Source: Mobula birostris
Taxonomy: Eukaryota
Assembly: GCF_030028105.1 (NCBI RefSeq)
Contig: NC_092375.1
Location: forward strand, 37,299,130 to 37,363,129
Length of the DNA stretch: 64,000 bases
Direction: 5' to 3'
The notes beneath the pieces were generated by a model that was not told the DNA's origin, ran no database searches, and saw nothing but the letters and a program-made list of their open reading frames with translations. The translations under genes and the position numbers were made by a program. Of this stretch, positions 48,974 through 60,564 are shown piece after piece. The stretch's first letter is position 1. Each line of letters begins with the position of its first letter.

Positions 48974-51290
48974 CTGTAAATCAAAAAGTTTTAAAGCAAC
49001 ACACAGAAAGAAGGATAAGCACATTGCAACTAAGCGTGTCATTTTGTATTTGATACTTTGTGTGCTCCATGCCACTTTTCAATGTTTCAAACACAATTTC
49101 AATTTCACAAGTCCAGAAAATTACCTTACAACTTCCTAGTCCATCAGGATGGTTTGGCGAAACTATGGAAATGATTGAAATATCCATCTATCATTTAAAC
49201 TACAGCAATCACATATGTAGTTTTGCATCTGTTTCTTTAATTCCTCATTTCTAAGCAACTTGTTAATCTGTTCCTTAACTTAAAGGCACTAATAATTTAC
49301 ACTCAGGTTCTTTAATTCAGCTTATCTCCTCAACCAATTCCTCTTGAATTATCACTCCAATTACTGTCAGCTAGTAGTCAAAACAACTTAAACAGTGAAC
49401 TTGTAGCTTTGATGATGAGCTGGCCAGTTATACATAAGATGCCAATATATTACATTGTATGTTCTAGTAATTCCTCTTGTTGAGAACTAAATTCAAGGAA
49501 CGGATGGATAAGAATAGTCTAAAGGAATTGCTACAGAACAAATGTTGCTCCTTACAAGTAAACAAACTATTTACTGAAGCTATTAAAACTAACTAAAAGC
49601 TGCTTTTGGTTCTTGTATTTCATCAAAAATACCTTTTCAAGAATAGGAATTTATCCTTGATGTATCATTTTCTGTACAAGGAGATAATCTTATTCAGATG
49701 TTACAAGATCTAGAGGTACATACATTACAATTAATTCACAGATGACATTGTACTAAATATATTAGTATGACTATATATTACACATCTACGTGTTTTTACT
49801 TGTATAATAAACCGAATTGGGTGATTCCCGATGATGCATACACGTTTCAAGTATTTGTATGCATGAGATGCAAAGAAAACTAACTTTGGGTTGGACACAA
49901 GTCTAGGTAAGACAAGCCGTAAATGTGAAACCAAATGAGAAGTAACATTTCTGTCTTACAGGAGGTTATCTTCCTAATACATGACTGACTTTGATCCCTG
50001 TGCATCTAAATATAATAGAACTTTACAAAAACTATGTGAACATAGGAGAAACAGGAAATGATTTACAGTATCTGGTGCCTACTCCACTATTCAATGAGAT
50101 CAAGACTGATTTATTTTTAATCATGGCTTTACTTTTCTTCATTAACCCTATATTCCAAATTCCTAAATATTCATAAATCTATTGATCCATGTCTTGAAAG
50201 TGCTCCGCAAATGAGCTTTCAAAGTGTACGAGTGGAGAATTCAAACTTTCATTATCAACTGGGTAAAGAAGTTTCTTGTCATCTCTATCCCAAGGAGCTG
50301 ATTTTTTTTTTACTTTGCAGCCTACTTTTAATGAAAGATCACTGTGCAAGACCTCCAGCCAAATGTGGCCAGGCCTATAACAATACATATTACTTATTTA
50401 CAGTCATTTTCAGCTAAGAATAGAAAAGTCACATAGCAACTAGCAAACATGCTGCATGGCATCTGATATAGGCTTCCAACAATAATTCTGTGCCTGTACT
50501 ATCAGTCTTCTTAAAAGGTCACCTAAAAATGCAAAACAGCACAGTAAAGTGGATTGATTACCGAAAGCATAAAACATTTTTAATATCTTGAAGTGCTATT
50601 CCATGTCACTCACAAAAGTTTACAAAAATAAAGTCAATGTACCCTGATAGACTTGCTATAATTTATTTAATTAAAAAAAAATTAAAATGCACACCAAAGA
50701 GTGTCCAATTCAAAAAATTCAGGGTACAGCTTTGATCAATTTTCCCTACTGTGCTCTGCATGTTCTTAAGAGCATTGCACTCGGATTTTAGAGTGGGGAG
50801 CAGAAAAGTAGGTGTTTTGGCAAAGAATTGGCATCAACAACACTACCCTGCTAATAACTTTCAAATTCCAAGTGAAGTTAATGAGAATGATGCATTTCTA
50901 AAGATTTCTTGACACAGTACAGGGAAGAGTTTTTTGTTAAAATCATAACACTTTCAATCTATATAGGGAATTTGACACAAATCATACCCAATAATTCCAC
51001 TTATATGTTATACAGCTGGAGACACCCACTCCAAGCCCATAATAGGAACAATTTTTCCAAAGTCACAAATAAGGTACAAGAGGTGACAAAAAAATAGATG
51101 TAGGGAAAACTTCAGCAAAATAAAACCCTAAACATTAATGCAATGTCTGGTTAAATTTTATTTTAACTAGACAATATGAACATTTTCAAGACGTAAAATG
51201 AAAAAAAGCATTTTACAAGCATTTATATTAAGTGTTAAAGGCTTTTGAATAATTTTAAACCAAAGATACATAATGAAATACAAATCAAAC

Positions 51291-51373
51291 CTAATAATTT
51301 ATTATCCTTCGCCTGCAACTGAATGCACAAATCATTCTTCTGTCCTTCCAACTCTGCCAACAGAGCAATGTAC
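51291..51373 (-). CDS. CIP2A: CIP2A coding exon (83 nt; RYIALLAELEGQKNDLCIQLQAKDNKLL)
   Basis: AG/GT boundaries, phase 2 to 1; keeps the frame between its neighbours. Confidence 0.88.
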
Positions 51374-51490
51374 CTATGATTCAAAATGGAAAAGACAAGA
51401 TATATCACTGCTTTTCTGCCCAATAGTAACTTGAAAAACATTAGGATTTATGAAAAACATATCTAAACAGATATCATAAGATGGGCTTAC

Positions 51491-51604
51491 CTATCATTCT
51501 GTTGCTTAAGAGAGTCAATTTGCTTTTTGAATAATTCACATTGTTTGCTTAATGAATTATGTTCAATTTGAAGTTCTTTAAGTTGCCTTTCAACATTATC
51601 AAGT
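51491..51604 (-). CDS. CIP2A: CIP2A coding exon (114 nt; LDNVERQLKELQIEHNSLSKQCELFKKQIDSLKQQNDR)
   Basis: Acceptor cttctag, donor AG|GTAAGC, phase 2 to 2; coiled-coil. Confidence 0.92.
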
Positions 51605-51899
51605 CTAGAAGATAAAAGTTATGGACCATAAATTTAGCCAGTTATTTTGATCAAAATACAGAGACTATGAATAAAGTTGTATAGATACAATTAACCTCCT
51701 TTGGAATGCTATGCTTCTCTGAGATCATTTGGAAAATTAAGCATGTTCCAACAGATAATTTTCGTGCTCTTGTTCTTTTCATTTCCTTAAGTTCCCTTCC
51801 ATTGCTTGACATCCAATGTATTTATCAATAATATTTTGGAAAACGAAGCAAGGAGACAGACAAAAGTTAAACCCGATTCTCATTATCTGGGAGAATACA

Positions 51900-52028
51900 T
51901 CACTGTGCAAAAGTCTTAGGGACATATATATAGCTAGGGTACTGGATATAAAAAAACAGCTTACAGTACTGGGCAAAAGTTTTAGACACCCCCAACTATT
52001 AATAGGTGCCTAATACTTTTGCACAGTA
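51900..52028. mobile_element. Tiny Tc1-type MITE (51967-52028) plus an adjacent half-copy (51900-51945)
   Basis: Imperfect TIRs tactgggcaaaagttttagacac and gtgcctaatacttttgcacagta, TA at both ends. Confidence 0.6.
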
Positions 52029-52202
52029 CAGTACTCTCCATTCTTTTTTCTTACAGGTAACTGCACAATTTCTACCTGATAGAACAAAACAAATGTAGCT
52101 ACAACATTCAAGAAAAACCTTTACTCACATGCCAACAATATGACTGTTTTAAAAGCAGTTGGAAAATATATCATAAACAAAACAGACAAATGCAAAACCT
52201 AC

Positions 52203-52399
52203 GTTTGAGAAAGATTTTTAGAAGTAATTTTTAATGACTCATGCTCTTCAGCAACTGCTTGTAGTTTACAATTGTGTTGATAAAGCTCTTCAATATCAGC
52301 CTTGGCACGGTCAGATTCCAGCAGCTGAGTCTTCAACACTCCATCAAGTTCTTCATTTTTTCTCTCTGCGTCCATTAGAAGTGAAGCTAATTGTCGTGC
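52203..52399 (-). CDS. CIP2A: CIP2A coding exon (197 nt; [56 protein letters not shown]...)
   Basis: Matches human ARTLASMLREVERKNEEL...[27 protein letters not shown] as recalled; AG/GT boundaries. The five exons total 705 nt (234 aa plus stop). Upstream exons were not found in the window. Confidence 0.95.
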
Positions 52400-52713
52400 C
52401 TACAATTCAAACACAAGTTCCTAATAATTCATAAAATGTAACAACTCAGAATAAACATACAGACCAAGTCTTGCAGATACATTAATCATAAATTTAAATA
52501 TTTGAAAATCCAATATATGACATGTTAAAATGTTTACTTGCCACTAGATGTCACTAGTGCATTCCACAGTCCAATGAAAATTCACTCCTGGGACCACCCC
52601 TGTCTGCTAATGGAGTACCAGTATTTTTCTGCTGCTCTTAGTTTTCTTTCTTTCCCCCTAGTTTAAGCTTTGAATTTAAAATTTTTACTTGTTGATTCTT
52701 GAGGGTGATCAAT

Positions 52714-53550
52714 ATGTCTATGTCTACAAGAAGTGGGATAAATTTACCTGAACCTAGTGATAAAGGTAATGGGAAAGGAAAGGTGCAAAAGGAAAGATCT
52801 GATGAAATGCCATCGTGGGCTGAAGATATCGTTCGGACACTGAATTCAATTAAGGATCAGAATGGATCAATTAAAGACCAACTGGAAAAGAATAGTAATG
52901 AAATGAAGTCATTTCTGGGAAAACTTAAAGACCTGGAAACTCAAGTTATTTCACACAAAGAGGAATTGAAGATAACTAAGCAAAAGCTGTCTGAAGTTAC
53001 AACTCGTTTGGGAAGATATCAAAATAAGATTATAGACCTGGAAACTAGGTCTCGATGAAGGAATATAAGAATTGTTGGGCTGCAGGAAGGAGCTGAAGAT
53101 GCAGATCTAACGGCTTACTTTGGTAAGCTTTTCCACACTTTATTTCCTACCATTCTATCAAAGCCGCCTGCTATCGAAAGGGCACACAGGGCGTTTATCT
53201 CGAAATCGAAGGACTCTAGTAAACCAAGATCTGTTCTGGTTTGCTTTCATCACTTTAAAATTAAAGATCAAATAATACGACAGGCAAGAAAACAGAGAGT
53301 TTTTAGATCTATGGAATCTGAGCTCCGCTTCTATGAAGATTATCCAAGAGAGATAATGGAACAAAGATCAAAATTTGCCCTGGTAATGAAACAAGCATAT
53401 GATAAGAATCTTTTCCCGTCTCTGAGGTATCCGACAAAACTTAAAATTTTCCCTCCTAATTCTCCTCCTCGTACTTTTTTTGATCCAAAGGCTGCACTGG
53501 ATTTTGTTCAGGCTTTGCCTGCCGCTGTCACCGACACCACTGTTGAATGA
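52714..53550 (+). pseudogene. L1 ORF1p (coiled coil, RRM, CTD) with one nonsense codon
   Basis: DLETRSR*RNIRIVGLQEG (TGA 53056-53058, probably from CGA); IERAHR...PRSVLVCF; LRFYEDYP...LRYPTKL. Confidence 0.9.
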
Positions 53551-54286
53551 TCCATCTGAAAGGCTGTTTGGCTATTTCTTTATTATTTGCATTTTGGAAA
53601 GAAGATTTATGAAGGTCACTTGTATATTTCATCGACAGACTAATTAAAGAACACGAGGAGTTGTTTTTTATTGCATATTATTGGTTTTCCTTTGGAAAGA
53701 TTTACGGTTTAAGTATCTCTGCTCAAATGATCTCTGGACATTTTATGACTGAGGGAAGAAGATAAGGCCATTTGTTCCTTTAATTTAATAATACTTCGTA
53801 GCTAATTGGTAGTTTTTCCTACTAATAGGGCTTTTTATATATTTTTCTGTTCTATTGTAACATTTTAGAACTGAATTTAAAGCTTTTTTTAGGGAATTAA
53901 TATTAAACTTAAACATGGCACTGGTTTTTCTCTCTAAGAGATAATATTATTTTGGTTCTTTCTTGTTTATTAGTCGATGGAATGTTAATACCTTTTTTTC
54001 CTGAGACTTTATTGTCTTTCTCACAAGGTCACTCTACTTTTTTACTAACTGGGGGGAGGGAAAGAAAACAGACAGAGCAGTCAGCAGCTTTGAATTCTAT
54101 CGTAGATCGCTTGCCTTTTTTGGGTTTCTGGGTGTGGGTGGGTGGGCTTAGAGTTAGTTTTTTCCCATTGGGTGGTTCCGGAGCATGCGTGTTTTTTATT
54201 TGGTTGTATTCTTCATCGCCACCATCTTTGATCATCCTGCACTGGTATGTGCTTTGTGCATGTATAAAGTAGAATGAAATCATAGT

Positions 54287-57200
54287 ATGTTGTTCAAACG
54301 GATTAATATGATAAGTTGGAATGTACGTGGTTGGAATCATCCTACTAAACGAAAGAAGACTTTTAAAATTATTAACCGATTCCAACCTGATATAATTTTT
54401 GCTCAAGAGACACATATCAGGGCGGGAGATCAAAGTAGATTTTTTAGATGGTGGAATGGTTTGCAATTCCACTCCACTTCTCAGAGTAAAACAAAAGGCG
54501 TGTCTATTTTCATTAAACCTAATATATTTATTCAAGAGGATATTGAATCAGATTCTAATGGTAGATTTTTAATTGTTAAAGGAACAATCTGTAATAGAAA
54601 AGTTGTTTTGGTTAATTTATATGGTCCTAACTTAGATGATCCTTTTTTTAAAAAGGTATTTGCTTTACTGCCTGACTTAAATGAATATATGCTCATAATG
54701 GGTGGGGATTTTAATTGTTGTTTAAATCCTATGATTGATAAGAGCTCAACCAATCAGCGACTTCCAAATCAATCCGCGTCATTTATTAATTCCTTTTTGA
54801 TTGATTTTGGGTTGATTGATTTGTGGAGGTATCTTCATCCCGACAATAGAGAATATTCTTTCTTCTCAAACATTTATAAAAAATATTCGAGGATCGATTA
54901 TATTATAATCGATCCCCGCTTCTTGCCTAGTGTTAAAACCTGCGAATATGACGTTATTGCTATATCTGATCATGCGCCTCTGAGTTTGTCTTTTGAATTT
55001 GATGATGTCACTCTTGCCCACCCACCTTGGCGCATGTCTCAGACATTATTGCAAAACTCTGACTTTGTCACTTTCATTGAAACCCAGATAAAGGAATTTT
55101 TTCTTTTTAAAGATATAGGGGGTATGCCTAAATTAGTTATATGGGATACATTTAAAGCATTTTTACGCGGTCAGATTATTTCTTATTCAGCTAAACTTAA
55201 AAAACAAACTAAAGCAGAATTAGATAGAATTTTAAAACAAATTAAAGATTTAGATAATATTTATGCAATTTCCCCAAATACTAGTTTATTTAAACAAAGG
55301 GTGGAACTTCAATCACAATATAACCTGTTATTAACTCATCCCATTGAAGGTTATTTGCTTAAGTTAAAGAGCCAATTTTATATGTCTGGAGATAAAAATA
55401 ATAAACTGCTTGCATCTCAATTAAAAATGGCTGCAGACAAAAGTAAATCATGAAAATTCGTAGGAAAGATGGTACCTTAGCTCAGGAATATGAGGAAATT
55501 AATAAGATTTTTCAAGACTTTTATGCTGAGCTATATAAATCTCAATGTCCGTTAGATTCCTCTAAAATGAATGCTTTTTTTTTACGAAAGATTGTTTTTC
55601 CTAAAATCTCGGCTGAGGATCAAAAGATTCTCAATGCTCAAATTACTGAAGCCGAAATTCATAAGGTTATTTTTTCAATGCAATCTGGTAAGTCCCCAGG
55701 ACTTGATGGCTATCCCGTAGAATTTTATAAAAAATTTGGAAAGTTGCTGTCTCCGTATATGTTGGAAATGTTTAAGGATTCTTTTGTGAAAGGTGACTTA
55801 CCCTCTACTTTTTATGAGGCCTCTATTTCTTTAATTCTTAAAAAAGATAAAGATCCTACAGACTGTACTTCATATAGACCTATTTCATTACTGAATGTTG
55901 ACGCTAAGATTTTGTCAAAGATAATGGCCAATCAGTTGGAGAATATTTTGGGTAAAATTATTTGTAAAGATCAAACAGACTTTATAAAGGGCCATTATTC
56001 CTTTTCAAATGTTCGGAGACTACTTAATATTATATATTCATCCTCTTCTAAAATTCCACAATGTGTTGTATCTTTGGATGCTGAAAAAGCGTTCGACCGA
56101 GTCGAATGGAAATATTTATTCAATGTTTTAGAGAAATTTGGCTTTGGTGTTAATTTTAATAATTGGATTAAAATGATATATAAAGCCCCTATTGCTACTG
56201 TTGTTACTAACAATTGTAGGTCTCCTTTTTTTTCAGCTTTCACGGGGGACAAGGCAAGGCTGTCCATTAAGTCCTTTGTTGTTTAATTTAATATTAGAAC
56301 CCCTTGCTATTGCTCCTCGTGAGGCTAAAAATATCCATGGGATATTTGTGAATGAGACCATGCATAAGGTCTCTCTTTATGCTGATGATTTATTGGTTTA
56401 TATATCTAACCCTGACGAATCCATTCCTGCCCTGTTAAAATTATTTAATGAATTTGGAGGCTTTTTAGGATATAAAATTAATTTTAGTAAAAGTGAATTA
56501 TTTCCTTTATATGATTCTGTTTCTATATATGATAATACTCCTTTTAAAGTTTCAGACTCTTTTAGATATTTAGGTATTGTAATTACTAAAAGATATAAGG
56601 ATCTTTATAAAGCTAATTTTGTTCCCTTAGTAGACCCTATGAAGTATTTATTTAGTAGATAGAGTCCACTTACATTTTCACTTGTTGGTCGCATTCATAT
56701 AGTTAAAATGATGATTCTACCGAAATTTTTATATTTATTTCAGAATATTCCTGTTTTTTTGACTAGGAAGTTCTTTGATCGGATTGATTCTATTATTTTA
56801 TCTTTTATTTGGAATAATAAAAGACCAAGGATCAGTAAATGTCATTTACAAAAATTGAAAAAGGATAGAGGTCTTGCTTTGCCTAATTTTAGAATGTATT
56901 ATTGGGCTGTTAATCTGCGATATATGTCTTTTTGGTTATACTGGGTTGATAAGAGTGATCGGCCAATTTGGGTAGATCTGGAACTAAAAGTTGTAAAACA
57001 GTTTTATTTAACTTCATTATTGGGGGCTCCTTTACCTATGCAATTAGGTAAAGTTGTTAATTTAAACTTATATCCTGCGATTAAGTATCCTTTACAAATT
57101 TGGCTCCAGTTCCGCAATTCTTTTAATCTTATAAAATTTAAACTATGTAGTTTAATTTACCAAAATTACTTTTAAGCCTTCTTTGAGTGATCCAATTTTT

Positions 57201-58064
57201 CTACTTTGGTAAAATAAAGGTATTAATTCTTTTTTGGATTTATTTATAGAAGATAGATTGATGTCCTTTGAACAATTAACTGATAAATATTCTCTTTCAT
57301 ACTCACACTTTCTGCAATACCTTCAATTTAGACATTTTTTACAAAAATATTTAAGTAATTTCCCTTACATATTGGAGGCTGACCTGTTAGATACTATTAT
57401 GAGTATGAATCCTTTGAGTAAGGGTTCTATTGGAAGAATTTATAATTTATTATTACAATGGGATAAGCGTCCTTTGTCTAAGATTAAACAGGATTGGGAA
57501 AAGGAACTTAATTTGACTTTTATGACGGAGGATTGGATGCGGATATTGAAGTTGGTTAACTCTTCTTCAATTTGTGCTAGCCATTCATTGATTCAATTTA
57601 AAATTGTACATCATTATCATTTGACAAAGGAGAGACTTTCTAAAATCTTTCCTAATGTTGATAGTCATTGTGATAGATGTAAAACTGAGATAGCTACACC
57701 GACACATATGTTTCGGTCTTGTTCTATATTGGAACAGTTTTGGAAGTCGGTTTTCTCAACAATTTCTAAAGCACTTAAAATTAATTTACAACCTAATAAA
57801 TTAACTGTGCTTTTTGGAATAGTTCCTCAAAATATTCATGGTACTTCTGTGTCTGACCAACATGTTATTGCATTTGTTACATTGATAGCTAGGAGGGCCA
57901 CTTTGTTGAAGTGGAAGGATACATCAGCTCCCACTTTGTCACAATGGTTCTCTCAAGTGATGCTATGTCTTAGTTTGGAGAAAATTAGTAGTCGAACCTT
58001 TGAACCTTTATTTGATTTTGAGAAAAGATGGGGCTCATTTACTCGTTATTATCATTTGAGTTAA
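54287..58064 (+). pseudogene. L1 ORF2p (APE endonuclease, RT, CCHC) with at least 3 frameshifts and a stop
   Basis: ISWNVRG, GGDFN, SRIDY, SDH; KSPGLDG, YRPISLLN, LDAEKAFDRV, RGTRQGCPLSP, LYADD; CDRC...THMFRSC. Confidence 0.92.
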
Positions 58065-59131
58065 TTGATATAATTCTTCCACGATCTAATTGTAAATTCT
58101 TTCAGTATATTTTCTTTTCTTGCTGGCGGTTTGATATTTATTTTTAGAAGCTTTTTGTATGACGCATGGCTCCGGGGTTGTACACCTAATGGGTTCTCTT
58201 TTTTTCTCTCACTTTTCTGCTCAGTAGGTTTTTTTTTGTTATCACAAAATTTTGTTTTCAATCTTTAAGATGATGGGTTTTTTTTTGAGGCATTGTAAAT
58301 GTTGTTACTTAGATGTACTCATGTTATTTTTCCTATATATATATATACAATAAAAAGATTTGAAAAGAAAGAAAATTCACTCCAACATGGGAGCAGCAAA
58401 AGGAGAATATTTTAATTCAAATGTAAGACACCAAGTTAAAACCAGATTAAATTAGCTCAATAAAAACAAAAGACTTAAAATTTTAGGTCACATTTGGAGG
58501 AGGGAGATGAAATTGTACGCAATAGCCACTGCTAAATCTGAGAATAAGCAAAAATTAAAATGCAGTAAGAAGAAAACTGATGCCAATCCATTAACTACAT
58601 AATTTTTTATACTCCAAATGGTGAATAGGAAACCCCTGTTTCAACATAACCATTGTTCATGAAGCAGAATAGGGGCTTAACTGTGCATAAAGACCTTCGC
58701 AACTCCCCGGTAGTACCAAAGTCACATGCCACCACTGCCTCAATATTGAACAAAGATGAAGAGATGGCTGTTTTCTTGAACAAATGGCTTTCTTCACTGA
58801 AGTTGTATTGAGATGCTGTTTATTTATTTTCCATACTTTGAAGATGTCAATTTGTTAACACCTATCTTTAAAAATATCATGATATCTTATCATGTGATGA
58901 GTCTTACTTGCAATAAGTTAGAAAATGACTCCCCATGCTAGCCAAATATTTCTTTGCAGATAATTTAGATCATCCTCAGTGTACAAACCAAATCTTTTTA
59001 CAAATTTATTTTATCATTTCCATTTAGCTACAATTCCTTCAAAAATAGCCGTGTGATTAGTTTCCATAGTAAGAAAATATATGACTAGAAAAAATGCTAT
59101 TATACTGTTTTTCCTCCACAGATCTGCTGCA

Positions 59132-60133
59132 TATAGTTGTTTACAATATATATTAATGACTTGGATGAGGGAATTAAATGCAGCATCTCCAAGTTTGCGG
59201 ATGACACGAAGCTGGGTGATAGTGTTAGCTGTGAGGAGGATGCTAAGAGGATGCAGAGTGACTTGGATAGGTTGGGTGAGTGGGCAAATTCATGGCAGAT
59301 GCAATTTAATGTGGATAAATGTGAAGTTATCCACTTTGGTAGCAAAAACAGGAAAACAGATTATTATCTGAATGGTGGCCGATTAGGAAAAGGGGAGGTG
59401 CAACGAGACCTGGGTGTCATTATACACCAGTCATTGAAAGTGGGCATGCAGGTGCAGCAGGCGGTGAAAAAGGCGAATGGTATGCTGGCATTTATAGCGA
59501 GAGAATTTGAGTACAGGAGCAGGGAGGTACTACTGCAGTTGTACAAGGCCTTGGTGAGACCACACCTGGAGTATTGTGTGCAGTTTTGGTCCCCTAATCT
59601 GAGGAAAGACATCCTTGCCATAGAGGGAGTACAAAGAAGGTTCACCAGATTGATTCCTGGGATGGCAGGACTTTCATATGAAGAAAGACTGGATGAACTG
59701 GGCTTGTACTCGTTGGAATTTAGAAGATTGAGGGGGGGATCTGATTGAAATGTATAAAATCCTAAAGGGATTGGACAAGCTAGATGCAGGAAGATTGTTC
59801 CCGATGTTGGGGAAGTCCAGAACAAGGGGTCACAGTTTGAGGATAAAGGGGAAGCCTTTTAGGACCGAGATTAGGAAAAACTTCTTCACTCAAGAGAGTG
59901 GTGAATCTGTGGAATTCTCTGCCACAGGAAGCAGTTGAGGCCAGTACATTGGCTATATTTAAGAGGGAGTTAGATATGGCCCCTGTGGCTACGGGGATCA
60001 GGGGGTATGGAGGGAAGGCTGGGGCGGGGTTCTGAGTTGGATGATCAGCCATGATCATAATAAATGGCGGTGCAGACTCGAAGGGCCGAATGGCCTACTC
60101 CTGCACCTATTTTCTATGTTTCTATGTTTCTAT
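59132..60133 (+). mobile_element. Young CR1 3' kilobase, same subfamily as 18504-21138
   Basis: ORF 59137..59748 (KFADD...HLEYCVQFWSP); about 97% identical (7 differences in the ~215 nt compared) to the 18.5-19.5 kb copy; (tttctatg)n tail. Confidence 0.92.
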
Positions 60134-60564
60134 ATTTTTAGAATTTCGTATTTTTATTTCAGATTTTGAACCTCTGCAGTTCTATGATTTTAGTCTCACA
60201 CAGTTGACAAGGACTTGACTTGCATGCAGAACAGTAAGAACATAAATAGAAGAAGAAGTAGGCTGCATGGCTATGATGCTTGTTCCATCTTTCAATGCAA
60301 TTGGCCTTTTACCTTGGTGCCATTGTCTTGTAAAAACCCAGTGTCTCCTGGTTCCCTTAAAGTCCTATAATCTATTTCTCTTTTACTCTCAAATAGACTC
60401 AACAACTAAAACAGCTTGAAAAAGAGACTGACCTGAAGGGAGGAGAAAAGGTTGGTATTGAGAAATGGAATGCTTGGAGGAGTGTTTTCTGTGTAATTTT
60501 CAGAAATCCTATTAACTGTAGACAGCAAGCAGCAAGTTATGGCTAAGTGACACCAATAATCCAA

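Larger units (their letters stand above)
52589..58370 (+). mobile_element. Full-length L1-clade LINE (5.8 kb), inactivated, with 13-bp TSD
   Basis: TSD gaaaattcactcc at 52576-52588 and 58371-58383; 5' UTR about 125 nt, ORF1, 736-nt spacer, ORF2, 3' UTR about 306 nt ending AATAAA...gaaaagaaa. Confidence 0.93.
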
